This document shows positions 12,041-25,494 of a stretch of DNA of 64,000 nt, piece after piece (within the stretch, counting starts at the first letter, position 1; every line of letters begins with the position of its first letter). Source of the stretch: Gracilinanus agilis (taxonomy: Eukaryota); contig NC_058132.1 of assembly GCF_016433145.1 (NCBI RefSeq), forward strand, positions 618,852,148 through 618,916,147. The letters are read 5' to 3'. Below the pieces are notes generated by a model. The model did no database searches and was not told where the DNA came from. It saw only the letters and a program-made list of their open reading frames with translations. The translations under genes were made by a program, and so were the position numbers.

Positions 12041-13064
12041 CTCCTATCCTTCAATGAGTCACCCCTTCACAAAAAAAAGAGGAGTAGGGCTCTTCCTCCT
12101 TCTCTTTTGTTGGCTAAAATTGAAATAATATATGTAATCCTTTTTTCAAACATATAGTACTATATATAAAAGTGAACAATCACTATGACCATTTCACAGA
12201 AGAGAGAACCAAGGCAACCCTGAGAAGGGGAATGACTTGCCTAAATAATAAGGAGCAGATTGGGTATTTAAATACAGACCCTTAGTGTGCCCAATCTGGT
12301 ACTCTTGCCATTGCACTATCCTGTCTCTCTTTAGGCTGATAAAACCCAAAAGCAGCAATGTGTCCTCCACTGGTGAAAAGAAAGCCTCTGGACACAAACT
12401 GCCTAATAAAGGGTTGCCTAAAGCAGGTCTGTCCAGCAGTAAGTAGTTTGGACTTGAAGAGATTACTCCACAAAGTGCCTAAATTGGGCAAGAAGGAAAT
12501 AACCATTATCCCACTGCTGAATTGTTTCCCTAGCACCTTGGGTTTCAGGCATGCTGCAAACCATTAATTAATCATTTCCCAAGGCACTTTGGAAAGATCT
12601 AACTGATGAGAAGACAGGTGCATCAAGATCAAGTAACTTCCCAAGGCCAGCTCAGCACCTCAAAGAGAAGAACCAAGCTAGCTCATAGTTTCTTTCCACT
12701 CCTATATTCAAGGCCCCAAAGCCTTCCATCTTTTCACCATTATTTCATGGCAGAACAGAAGAAGTATAGTGTGGTTTTTCCCAAGCAGTCTGAGATTCGA
12801 AATTCACTCTCTCATAGTTAAAGAAAATAGGTGAAAATTCAAAATTATAACAATAATTTGGTTTTTAGAATATTTTAGAAGAATAGAGAGGAGAACAGGG
12901 CAAAGGGATATACACCCCTAAGATAGAGAGTGAAATCTGAGCACAATATTCTGTCCATGTCTTGTGAGGCAAAAGGTATAGAAAGAGGATTAATTCAAGA
13001 CTGCACAGGGGCCAAAGGATATCAAAAAAGTAATTTCCAAAGAAAAAAATCCACATTTTTAATC

Positions 13065-13600
13065 GCTTTATGAAAAGATGTTCCAAATACCTAATAATTA
13101 GAGAAATGTAAATTAGAACAAATCTGAGGTTCTACTTCATATTTATCAGATTGGCAAGGATGACTTCTCACCCTGAAAGGAAAATGTCAAATGTTGGAAT
13201 GGCAGTGGAAAAACAGACACACTTTAGCACTATTGGGAGATCTCTGAGTCATTCCATCCATTCTGGAAGGCAGTTTGGAATTTTGCCCCAAGTTACTAAA
13301 CTTTGAATACCCTTTGACCAAGTAATACTACTGGGTATACATCCTACAGAGATCAAAGAAGAAAAAAAGGACCTCTATGTGCAGAAATATTTATAGTAGC
13401 TCTTTTTGTAGTGACAAAGAACTAGAAACAAAAGAGATGCCCGTCAATGGGAAATTGGCTGAACAAATTATGGTACATGAATCTACTTAAATAGAATCAT
13501 GCCAAGAGATTCTTTTTCTTCCCCCACCCCTTTTTTGGAGGGGAATGAGAAGTGGGAAAAGTAGACTTTTGTTGAAATTGAAAAATAAAATAAGTTAAAA
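13065..13600 (+). mobile_element. L1 ORF2 3' end fragment
   Basis: ttagagaaatgtaaatt...gcagtttggaatt...ccctttgacc...tttatagtagctctttttgtagtg...atgcccgtcaatggg. Confidence 0.85.
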
Positions 13601-16600
13601 ATAATCTGTACAAGGAAGCCTCTATTCTTCATTTATATGTTGAAGACAGGGAAGGGGTGCTGTTTTCTCTTCTCCTGGGAAATTAGGTTCCTCAGCAACT
13701 TGGCATCACACAATGATTGCCCTGGTAAAGAGTGTCCCTTAGGGAACAAGCTTTGCTGCAGACCAAAGAATAATGATTCTTTGGGAGTACACCTGGGAAC
13801 AAGAATTCCCTAACTTGACCATCCTTCCCATATGAATTCTTCATATTGACATATCCACAAAAGAAGGAAAGGATCCTTTTCTCTTTCTCCCTTCAGATTC
13901 TTTAAGAGCTGTTCCTTTAATCCAAGTTTATGTAGTTCAGACTATAGGGGAAGGCTTAACAACCAAAGTCTGAAATTCTAAGCCCTCAATGGAGAGAGAA
14001 TATGGCATGGTAGAAAAAGGATGTTCTGGGTTCAAATCACAGTTCTGTCATCTTCTACCTGTGTGTAATTGAACAAGTCAATAAACTCACTTGGGATTCA
14101 ATTTTATCTGTAAAATGAGAAACTCCAGGAATTTTTCCTATCCTAGGAAATTTTGCGTATGAAAATTTGTGCTATCATGCCTTATTTCTTATAACTTGCT
14201 GCCATGAACTCTAGCCTCTAACTAATGTACAATATATTCTCCTCCTAAAGAAGATATACCCTTTTTTTGTTACCTAGCTTTTACTCACCCTGTTCCCTAT
14301 TACAAAATATACTCCCCCCCTTTTCTTCCCTTCTTTAATCCCCATCTATCCTTTAAGAGAATGGGCACCAAAGGCAGAAAGAAGTGCTTTGTTATGCTTC
14401 ATTTCTGACACTGCTTGTGAGAGACTCTGGGTATCAGTTTCCTCATCTGTTAAAAGAACAAATAAAAGAGATGGTATAAAACATAAAAGCCAACGAGTCT
14501 TTGCAATGGATTAAATATAGGGATTGAGTGAAAATGAGAAGTGGAAGATGACTCCTTTTTGACTCATAACTTCTATGGAAACCTGTTATTGGTTAGAAGC
14601 ATTTATAAAATGTGTGGCTACAAAGGCATAAACATTAAAAAAAATATTAGAGAAAAATATACAGTTAATGCAAAGAAACTAAAAATGCTTCTGTAAATGA
14701 GTAATTGTAGAAATGTTTGCTAGTACTATAAATAATGGAGATGGTAGTTTAATAGAAGATAACTCTTAATTTTGTTTGCATCAATGTTTATTTTTATTGA
14801 TGATTCCCAAATATATTATGTAGCACATTCTATTCACTCTGACATTTCTTTGGGTTACTAGGTTTTATGTAGAGGTAATAAATATCTAAAGCCCCTATCC
14901 AGTGCCTACTCGATTAAAAATCCAAGCAAGAGCCATCAATTAAATAACAAAATATTCATGAGACAAAATAATAATATAAAAGGGAGAAAATAAAATTATA
15001 GACTAATTTTCAGTAACTCCCTCCTTATACACAATAACATCCATAACAGCATAATCTCCTGTAAGCTTACTCACCCAGGTAGAGCATCTAGAAGTTCCAT
15101 GAAAGCATGAAAAAAGACTAAGGGAGAAACAAAAGTTAAAATTATCTGCCAGCATTCATACCATTGTAACAAACCCTATATCTCCCTTACATTAAACAAA
15201 CAAAACAACAGCAACAAACAAGAGGAAGGATAATTACTAGCATGACTAAGAAAAAATAAGTAGAAGTAAGAGGAAAACAAGTCATTCTTTATGTAATGTA
15301 AAATCAGGATATACAACTGCTAATAGAACTTTACTATGAACTAATTTTGTTGTAGTTATAAAATATATAGTATATGTTATCATGTGTATGATATAATTAT
15401 GTTCTGCATTTACCTTTGATTTATTCATTTGAAATTCCTATGTCTTTCTATTGACACAGAGTGATATTTCATATATATGCTTACTAATTTAATTAAAGAT
15501 GAAATATAGAATATAATTCAATGTGAGTAAATTAGCCAACCAAGAAGTGACTTCTGTAATTAAATAATTTGGGGTGTTATTTAGTTCAACGCTGGAAATA
15601 AAAGATCAAAAAGCAACAACAACAAAAACCCCCAACAAAACCCAACCTTCCATAGACATCCAGGATTGATCTACTAAAGAAACTAAATATATTCAGTCAA
15701 CCGGGGCCGATTGAAATTGACTTTGCTTCTGTTTTAGCTCCACCCACTTTCTAAACTAATTTAAAAAAGCACACTCTCAATATACTCAGTCAAATAAGAA
15801 AGATAAGTGAACTTCAAAACTAACTGACTGCAAAATTCAGTCAAGAAAAGCAATAGCTTCTTCTGCAGCTTCTCAGAAATGTGCAGGAGGTAATGGTTGC
15901 TAAAGATGCCAAAGGGAAGAACAAAAGACCAGGTAGGAGGTTCCCCAAAAAAGGCAAGCAACTTCAGGTGAGCATTCTGACCAAAGTGGCTGTCAATAGA
16001 GAAGAAAAAAGCAAAGCCAGGCAGAAGATAGGTTGAGCATGATCTTGGTCATCTTAAATCCTCCTAAATTCTCAGTGCACAAGAGAGCAATGATGTCTAT
16101 GTATATATAGCTCATAAAACTGAAGGTCTCAGCATAAAAATAATTTCCACTTTCTATTAATGTCCAGCCTAGAGAAATCAGGCACAATCTTGTATATTAT
16201 GCCATTGGTCAAAAAAAAAAACCCTTAAATTGTGTCTCTTTCATTTGTTTTATTTTTTCAGGAATTACAGGAAAAGCCTGTTTTCTGTTTGCAATTGCCA
16301 ATAGCATAAGATTGTTGAGGTTGTTTTTCCCCTCCTTCATTTCCAGTGTACTGGAAACCAAAAGCCTACTTTCTTAATGAAATACATCAAACTCTTAAAA
16401 TATCTGCTCTGTTAAGAGCCATAGCTGAAAAATTCAAGGAAGTCCAAAGAAATCACATGTGGATATCCAAGGATCAAATACTCCCATCCTTTACCACTTA
16501 GCTGGAAAAACAATCAATGGCTAGAGCTGTGGAAATTGAGCAAGAACAGACTCTGAGAACATTTTCCCAAATAACTTTTTTCTTATCTCACCAAATAGTC

Positions 16601-17317
16601 TATCCCCAAGAACTGAATAATAATAGTTCTGATGTGGCAGGAAAAAATAAAATAAATTAAAAAACCACCCTTTTTCAAAAGATGAAGAGAAGATTAATTT
16701 CTCTGAAAGTTCTAGAATGGAGTTTCATAAGTATACATACATAAACATTTTTGCACTATCTACGTGCTGCTATTATTACAACGATGAATCTTTGACAACT
16801 ACCTTATTGATTTTAAATTGTAGTATTAAGCTGATTTCTATAGGGTAATGGTGTATTTTTTCTGTATTTGAAATTTAGACACAGTCTTCCATGAGCCTTG
16901 ATCTCTGAGTAATCACAAGGATGACAATAATAATAATGTTCAAGCTAAGAATAATGGCTATTATTTATTTACTATTTAAAAGCATTCAGAACACTTAAGT
17001 GCATTATTTCATTTGATACTCACAACTCTGTGAGCTTGGCAATAAAAAGAGAGGGGACTCTCTAGGGACTGCGTTTGTGATTTCAGTGGCATAAGTAGCT
17101 CCCAAATACATAAACTCCTACTCTCCAATGCAGGTCAGTTTTCTTTGTAGTTCATAGTCTTAGAGAATTTCTAGGGTACTTTGGTATTCAATGGGCATGG
17201 GGTCATATAGGCAACGAACATCAGAAATGGGACTTGGACCAGAGTTTCTGACTCTGAGGCTACCTCTCTATCTGCTATAATATGCTATCTCTCTCATATA
17301 GACATTATTATTCCATT

Positions 17318-17700
17318 TGGGGACAACTAGGTGACTCAGTGGACAGAGGGCCGGGCAAGGAGTCAGAAAGACATTTCTCAAAATTCAAATCTGACCTAAG
17401 AAACTTACTAGATGTGTGACCCTAGGCAAATCACTTAACCCTGTTTGCCTCAGTTTCTTCATCTGTTAAATGAGCTACAGAAGGAAAGGGCAAACCACTC
17501 TGGTATCTTTGCCAAGAAAACCCCAGATGGGGTCATGAAGAGCCAGACACAACTGAAATCATTGAACAACAATTCCATTTTACCAATGAGGAAACTGAGG
17601 TACAGAGACTCTCAAGTGACTTGCTTACAGTCACAGGGTTATAGTTAGAAAAGTACTTTGAAGATCTTAAGTGCTATGTAAATATATGCATTATTAACCA
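17318..17700. mobile_element. Tail-to-tail SINEs: MAR1 (+, 17318-17570) and MIR (-, 17570-17700)
   Basis: CORE motifs in both orientations. Confidence 0.8.
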
Positions 17701-19321
17701 TGATAATAAATATTTGAGTTGTTTTATTGACTTTGAAATTCAGAATGGAACATTTACTGAGCATGAAAGATGGTGTATTTATTCCCTATTTGGATTTTCT
17801 AAATGAGGTTTGGATCTAGTTGAATTGGTTTCTGACTAATCTAAAGGATGTCGATACATAATTTGGAAGATCACTGTCAGGAGGTGTTATTCTGCCTTCA
17901 TTAAAAAACCATATACTACCTAAAAAGCAAATACCATGTCATTCTCATCACCCTGGCCAATCAATGCTTCCTATCAGTTCAGGAGAATAAATGTCATTAA
18001 TCACCCCTACTACCCTTCAAAGTAGGTCAGGTTTTCACAGGACATCTTCCATCAGAACCAAAGTGATACTGCATAAAGCAAAATGGTAGGAAGTGCCCAC
18101 ATACTTCCTGATTGCCTCCAATTATGCCTGAATTCATTTGCCACTTGGTGGGTGAGGGGGAGGAATTATATTTTCTAGCTACATTAAAACTTCAAGAAAA
18201 CTTTAACTGTATGGTAAATGGTATGGTAATTCTCTAATGGAATACACAGGCTAATGCCCAGGCAGTAGGAAATCACGAGCCTAACAGTCCATAGAAAGAT
18301 CCTAAAATTTCAATAAATCACAGGTGAAATATGTTGACTGACTTTACAAGATTCCAGTCTTGAAATTGATGTGAATCCTGAAATAGATGCCTCTCTATTG
18401 TGCCTGGCCCATTCAAAACAAACAAAACAAAAACAAAACAAAAAGCAAAATATTCAGTGTCTTCTATTTTTGCCAAGTAATTCCCTGAGTTTCTCTGAAA
18501 CTTTTTAGCCACTCATTGCTTCTTCTGATAGATTTTAAAATTATGTTAATTGATAGAGGAAGGGGGGGAAACATTAGTAATAGAATAAAGCAGAATGTTG
18601 CTTCATAAAGCATCTGGTGCAATCTGAGCCATTTCAAAGTGCATCATATGAAATAAAGATCAGAATAAGCAATGCCAGACTGATTACAAACAACATGGGT
18701 CTCATTAGAATACGTCAGCCTGATTGCTAGCCGGTGATACACTGCAGATTCCCAGACTAGAGCTGACTCCTATGTATTATGGGTACTGAACACAGTTTCT
18801 ATGGAAGGATATCAAAGCAACCTTTCTCTCTGTGGCTGCTCTGTCCAGCCAAGCACAAAGCAGCAGACATATTTTGCTCTGCTGGTTTTAACCCAATACT
18901 TTTGGTCCTAATTTTGTTTTCTTTTAAGAGTTTGTCAGATTTTCTGTAGGACTGTTTTAAACCCCAAATTAAGTTCTGGGCTACTGCCAGAAATAAGATA
19001 TGTCAGAGGCCTATTACCCATTCGATCGAGAGGCAGTCAGTGGCCCAAGGGCACTTCCTCAAAAGGGAAAGGCTAAAATAACGGAAGTCAGAGCCTGCAA
19101 TGTAGCTACAAGTCTTAATTATGTTGTTGATTTAAGTGTACTGTGCCCTTTTCCATTGTCACAATCTATTTTGATTTTTTTAAACATGGTTGGAAAAATT
19201 CAAATCTCATCCTGGCCTATGACTTGTTCCTATACTGTCCAGTTCAGTGCTTAAAACATGGTGTCCTGGGTCAAGAAATTAGGAACTAAAATTTTACTAT
19301 ATAACCAGAAGCACTTCCTTA

Positions 19322-19455
19322 CATCAGTCAATTGACAAGCATTTAGCAGATGCCTCTTATTTGTTAGGCACTGTGCTAAGGGGTGGGAATACAAAGAGAG
19401 GCCAAAAAAAAAAAAAATAGTCCTTCCTCTGAAGGAGTTTGCTGTCTAATGGATC
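19322..19455 (-). mobile_element. L2 3' end
   Basis: caagcattt...aggcactgtgctaag...ccttcctctgaaggagttt. Confidence 0.8.
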
Positions 19456-19899
19456 TTGTTATACTAATTCATTAGTAGGTAAAATCAGTTCTCCCTCAAA
19501 ATGGGATTGCCCTATGTTGGATAAGTCATTGCCTCTTTGTACTGCACTTTTTTTCCATTAATAAAATAGTGTAAAGATCATGTTTGCATGACTAGGGGTA
19601 GAATTGATTGTCACCAAAAAAATAAAAAGAAAAAAAATCATCAAAGTTTAGAGATAAAATGGACCGCATCAACCCAAATCTCACTTAAACCAAAAGTTGA
19701 TTCTAGTGAGGAAAAATAACTTGACAAAAATTACAGAGCTAGTTAATCTTAGATCTGGCAAGTGAATTTTTTTTTGACCCATTAAAATAGCTCCACTAGT
19801 GTCAGGTTTTCTTATTTGCACCAATAGTTCTTTTCAACTTCAGACTTTTCAACTTTAAATCCGTGATTTTCTAACTTGGGGAAAGCCAGAATTGTCATA

Positions 19900-20070
19900 G
19901 AATTCAGAATCCTTCAAGTAATGAAGTTGATGGTAACAGGATTTTCCCTCCTTTGAAATATTAAGACAGGGTCTAGTTGACCACTCATCAACTATGTTAT
20001 TGTGGGGAATTCCTTCATGTAGGGTTTGGACTAAAGGAATGTTGATGTACCTTTCAACTCTTAGTTTATA
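19900..20070 (+). mobile_element. L3/CR1 3' end, followed by a MIR fragment to ~20170
   Basis: gaccactc...gggaattcc...gggtttggacta...cctttcaactct. Confidence 0.55.
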
Positions 20071-21594
20071 ATATTTTCTTATACTATGAAAAGACAACTC
20101 AAAAGAAATGGGGTTCAAATACCAGTTCTGCCACTCACTAATCTTTGTGATCTTGGGCAAAATGAAAAAAAAAAAAAACAAGGCAGCTAAAATGTAAATT
20201 AAAAGAACAAAAATAAGCACCTAAACTACTCAACTTTAATAATCAAGCTTGTCCCTAAAGAAAAGATGAGAAAATTATCCTTTTGCACTTCTCTTTCTCC
20301 ATTAGGGATGACTATGGTAGACTATGGGTTTGGAACACTGTCAAACTGTCAGACTCAGTTGGGACATTATCCTACGTAGTTGATATCTTGATTAGTTTGC
20401 TGGGCTGCTTTCCCCTCACCTTCTTTTTCTTTTTTATTCATTCATCCATTCATTCATTTGTTCATTTGTGAATTATTTTCTGTTAGTTCAATGGCTAGCA
20501 AAGTAGGGAAGGGAGAGGTTAATGCAGAGCTAAAGTTAAAGTTATCAATAAAATATTCTAAATTATGAGATTGAACTACATGTCTTCTGTATAACTCAGT
20601 GTCTATGATGCTATGACCTTCATTCTTCTTTGTCTCTCACCATGTTTTTCATGTTGCTGCTCTCTCTTTGGTTTTAGCTCATTGACTCCTTGTTTCTCAG
20701 CCTATCTTCTGGCTCTGCTTGGTTAATTATTAGTTTCTACCTGTAGCACCTGAACATCCTCAGGGGGAAAAAAATGGTCTGTGAGAAGACATGTCTAAGG
20801 CCTTTATGCTCAGAGTGTGGAAACAATAATTAGGAAAATCATCACCCCCCTCATCTATGAGATACAGTATCTAGGTATCTGTGAAACAACAAGCTATGCC
20901 GTGCTTTTAGGAAAAAGTAGAGAAGGGGAATTCAACCATAAATTAATTCTTACTAAACACAGTGAGGTAGGTAGTAAAAATACTTAATTTATGGTTGGGC
21001 CACCCATAGTCTAGCAAAGATAATCAACTCATATAAGCCCAGTAGTAAAAGTCTCACTAACTGGAAAAAAAAACATGTTGTGGAGATAAATAAATTGGTG
21101 CATGTACCTGACGTCTATGTGAATTAATCAAGGGACCCTCTGAAGTCCATTGATGAAAGAGACAGACTAACTGGGTTGTGAGAGCTTGTACAATTCCATT
21201 TAGTAGACGTTACTTAAGCACCTACATTGTGAGGTGCTGTGCTAAGCTTCATGGGGAAAGTGAAGACCAATAAGAAGGTATATAGTCATTGCCCTCAAGG
21301 AGCCTACAGTCTAGTTAAGGAAGATGGTAGGTTGTAAACCCGCAGCCACAAGAAGCATGAGTAGCACAGAAGAAGGCATCTGGGAGTAGAGGGTAGATGA
21401 AGAATTCTTTTTAGCCAACATGATCCAGAAAAATGGAGATGGTGTATTTGAATTGCTCTTAGGCTCAAGGGTGTTCTCAATGTTGAGAAATTTCAAGCCA
21501 AGACGTGGAACTAATGGAATCGGCCTGAAGATCAAAGCACTAGCTTCAACTCTAATGCATCTTTGAAAAGTGACCTGCAGCTAAAAGAAGTCTT

Positions 21595-21755
21595 AGTATC
21601 ATAGAGTCAGAGCAAGAAAGGAGCTTAGAGGCCATCTGGTCCAAACCTCTCTATTTTATAGATGAGGAAGGTCAGGCACACCAAGGTTCAGAAGCTTCTT
21701 GTGCAGCAGAGGTAGGATTTGACCTCCCAATTCCAGGTCTCTCACTCTTCACTAT
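21595..21755 (-). mobile_element. MIR3 SINE
   Basis: ttagaggccatctggtccaaacc...ttatagatgaggaa. Confidence 0.7.
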
Positions 21756-22349
21756 TTATCACATTTGTTTATTTATTTATCTCTTATTTGATGGATAGTT
21801 GCTGTGGAGCTGACAACTGAATAATCCTGAAAATGGCATCCTGAATAATATTGACAGTGTGAACATAACTTGCTTTGGGACTGGTGTCTTTCTGGAGCCT
21901 CCTTTGGGATGGGTACAAGTGGTCACAAAGTCACTGTTTATAAAGAAAGTGTCTTATTTGGGAGGGAGGGAGGGAGCTGATATTAAGCTTAGAGAAATTC
22001 AGCTGTATCTTACAAAAGCCTATATGTGTGTGTGCTATATGTAACATAATGTGTAATATGGAATATTATATAAACCTAATACAAAAACAAAAAAAATCAA
22101 ATTTAAAAGTGTGAAAACAGAGAGGACAATAAGAACCCAAAAATGTCATACAAGTTTGAGTCCAGGACCCATGTAGCTCAGTCTCTTGCAGTGAAGAGAG
22201 ATATGTTATGTACTTTCTGTAATATCAAATTCAAAGATTAGACCTATCTACCAATCAACCTCATCCCTACAAAATCCTCAGTGGTCTCCTTTAAATAAAA
22301 TCTTCCATGAATTCATTGGATCTAATCAAAAGAGATCATCTATGCAAAG

Positions 22350-22520
22350 CCTCTGATGAGTTCTAGCTGTGTTACCCTGGCTAAGTGACTTAAAGCCTTT
22401 TTGCCTCAGTTTTCACATCTGTAAAATGGGAACAAAAATAGAACTTACCTCAAATGAGATAAGAGTTGTAAAGCACTTTGCAAGTCATAGAGCTCCATAT
22501 AAATGCTAGCAAGCAGCAAC
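22350..22520 (+). mobile_element. MIR SINE
   Basis: gcctcagttttcacatctgtaaaatggg...gtaaagcactttgcaa. Confidence 0.8.
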
Positions 22521-23055
22521 AGCATTATCACTTTGCAAAATTCATAGTACTTAAAAGGGCTTTGCAAACCTTAAAGAGATATTATCATTAATTTTTTTAT
22601 AACCTAGTAATATTTTCAAAGCAGAAGAAAGCACCAAGCAATTATCTGCTTTCTATGTAGAACAAAAGCATAGCTTTGTCTAGTCTAGGATTAGAATGAA
22701 AAGAAGGATGGCTTTAGGTAAAATGATGAAATAAATACATTTTTTATTCCTCTGTTCTGTTTCTAGCTTCATGTCTTCTTTCTTCTAAGTCCCACCCATT
22801 AGCTCTTTTTTTCTTGTCAAATAATTTCTCTCCTGGGTTATCACTGTCACACATACACCCACACATACCCAAGGGCTCTCTGAATTTTGACAGGAAAGTC
22901 AAAAACTTAAGAATTAAACCTCTTAGAGTTTTGTGTGGTATAGGGAGAGAGCACTACTTCAGATTCTAACTGTCCTTCCTATATGACCTTTGGAAAGTAG
23001 CTTAACATCTCTGGGCTTTGGGTCATCATCTAAAAAGAAGGTGGTTAGATTAGAG

Positions 23056-23247
23056 AAGTGGTTCCCAAACTTTTTTGGCCTACCGCCCCCTTTCCAGAAA
23101 AAATATTACTTAACACCCTGGAAATTAATTTTTAAAAATTTTAATAGCAATTAATAGGAAAGATAAATGCACCTGTGGCCATCACTGCTCTTCTGGATTG
23201 CTGCAGCACCCACCAGGGGACGGTAGTGCCCACTTTGGGAACCACTG
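23056..23247 (+). mobile_element. hAT/Charlie-type MITE, copy 2, inserted in a MIR tail
   Basis: TIRs (a)agtggttcccaaa and tttgggaaccactg; degenerate 8-bp TSD gattagag / gactagaa (6/8 identical). Confidence 0.85.
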
Positions 23248-23333
23248 GACTAGAAGGTCTTCTAAATTTCCTTTCAGGAAGAAGTATGTGATCTCCAATA
23301 AAATGTAAATTCCTTTAGAGCAGGGACTATGAT

Positions 23334-23518
23334 TTTTTTTTAAACCCTTGTACTTCGGTGTATTGTCTCATAGGTGGAAGAGTGGTAAGGGTGGGCAAAG
23401 GGGGTCAAGTGACTTGCCCAGAGTCACACAGCTGGGAAGTGGCTGAGGCCGGGTTTGAACTTAGGACCTCCTGTCTCTAGGCCTGACTCTCACTCCACTG
23501 AGCTACCCAGCTGCCCCC
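23334..23518 (-). mobile_element. Young SINE1_Mdo-type SINE, full length
   Basis: Perfect 13-bp TSD cagggactatgat (23321-23333, 23519-23531); A-tail; sequence matches the recalled Monodelphis SINE1 consensus; inserted in an L2 tail. Confidence 0.9.
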
Positions 23519-25156
23519 CAGGGACTATGATCTTTTGGTGACATTTCAGAGATGCAATAGAAGAAATATGCTGGGAAGGGGTCATCGACTTTGCCTACTC
23601 AAATTAAGATCTCTACTACTCACCATAAAAATGCCAGTGCTGAGAGGAATCTAAACCCACTTAGAGGAATCAGTTCACTTTACAGATAAAGAAACTGAGG
23701 CCAAGTTTGTAAAGGCATTTGTCCAAGGTCAAGTAAGTGGCAGGTTGGACTTGAACTCAAGTCTTTTGACTCCATGCCCACATTGAAGTGCTAGTTAATT
23801 CCAACCACTTGTAGGACTGATCTTGTATGAAATTATTGGAGAAGTCATCTCCAACAGCAATGAAACTTGTCTTAAGATTCCCATCCTTAATGTTTTTTGG
23901 TTAAGATTCAATGCTTCTTCCATGTACCTCCTGTCATTCTACCTCTGATATTAATCGCTTTGCTTCATGCTGAGGTCTTCCAATAAATGGTAAATGATAT
24001 TGAATTGTGACTCAAAAGATGTTGTTCCTTAAAACTACAGTCCCATTCGGGGATGCCTGGCTATTCTTTGTGGTATAGGAGTTGTCTTCTCCAGAGGACA
24101 GCCTTCATGCAAAGGGATGGTGTGATGGATTAAGCAATCTAGTAAAATCTTAGGTCCAGATGCTGTTTCCTTGTTCCCAAGGGTGGAGCTGAGGTGGATG
24201 TGCATATTTGTACTGTATTAAGTTGGGGCCAATTCAAGCTATTGTGCCTGAGTCATCAACCAACTACAAATGGAGCACAATGGATTCAAGGGAAAAAAAT
24301 TCACAGAAATATCTTGCTCAGGACAAAGACACCGAAAAGAGGCAACTCTATTNNNNNNNNNNNNNNNNNNNNNNNNNNNNNNNNNNNNNNNNNNNNNNNN
24401 NNNNNNNNNNNNNNNNNNNNNNNNNNNNNNNNNNNNNNNNNNNNNNNNNNNNNNNNNNNNNNNNNNNNNNNNNNNNNNNNNNNNNNNNNNNAAAAAAAAA
24501 TTGACAAATTAAAACAAAATAGAAAATCTATGTCTAACTCAGAGATCACTCAAACTTATGGACATTTATGAACCAAGCAATGGTCTGTTAAAATTGTTTT
24601 TAGCATGAACTAAATTATAATATGCCTTATACATTCTAATTTTAACCACAGTCCTTGCATATTCTAATATACTTGCAGTGATACAAAAAAATAAATGCAC
24701 TCTTTAGTTTGTCAATGCTCGTTCTTGGTAGGAGAATGTTAAATGAAAATATTGCTTTTAAAAGTCTCATTTCCTGGTGAGAATTTTTTTTTTGTCTTCA
24801 AACATATACATGGATGTAAGTGTGTATGCATTAATACACAGCTCCATCATAAATTGAATACAGCAAGAGATCTCCAAGTATATTTACCAGCAGTGTCATG
24901 AGCGTAACGTTCCCCTATCCCACCTCCCTCCCTTCACTCCCAACATACTGGAGTTTGCTTAGTTAATGTGTCCTGTTGACGACTTCCTTCAGTAACAAGG
25001 GGTTGGCAGACAAATACTGGCATCATTTAATTTGGTCTGGGGTGAGGAGAGAGATTAATTAAAGCTGCCTTGTTCAAGATTTGATGGTAATTTGCTACCT
25101 GAGCACGCCGTATTTGTGTGACAGCACTCAGATCACAATTGATTTAACTCGATTAA

Positions 25157-25240
25157 AAAGAAGACATTTATTAAGTGCCTACTATGTGCAAAGCACTGTG
25201 CTAGGGTCTAGGGAAGATACAAAGTGAAGTGAAAACAGGG
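25157..25240 (-). mobile_element. L2 3' tail inside the EPHA4 3'UTR
   Basis: catttattaagtgcctactatgtgcaaagcactgtgctagg. Confidence 0.85.
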
Positions 25241-25494
25241 TCACGTATCCTGTTCTCTGCTTCTAGCACAGTAGACCTCTTTGGCCAATTATCTAACCCC
25301 TCTCATTTTAGAGATCAGGAAATAAACCTATATGTGAGAGAGGGTCTGCTCAGAGCATCCTATGGTTTATACTATTATTCTCCAAGTATCTATTTATAGG
25401 CACTTCCCTTTAAAAAAATTAAGGGCCAAAGGAGGGGTACATACAGGAAAATTAATTTTGACTCTAGTAAAGTTTCTAGAGTACAGTGCCCCAC

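Noticed and set aside
14990-15230. A/C-rich stretch superficially like mitochondrial DNA (NUMT)
   Set aside because: No mitochondrial gene or tRNA could be read from it.
20963-20997. TGAGGTAG...TATGGTT resembles let-7 mature sequences inside the hairpin
   Set aside because: Only the first 8 nt and the tail match; the spacing is wrong and the motif lies mostly in the loop, so it is not a let-7 gene.
23334-23518. tRNA-like A/B boxes
   Set aside because: They belong to SINE heads, not tRNA genes; no CRISPR, rRNA or true tRNA is present in the window.
24194-24571. Long ORFs spanning N runs (also 30015-31243, 46086-46766, 61196-61727)
   Set aside because: Artefacts of gaps and simple repeats (poly-L/S/R/K).
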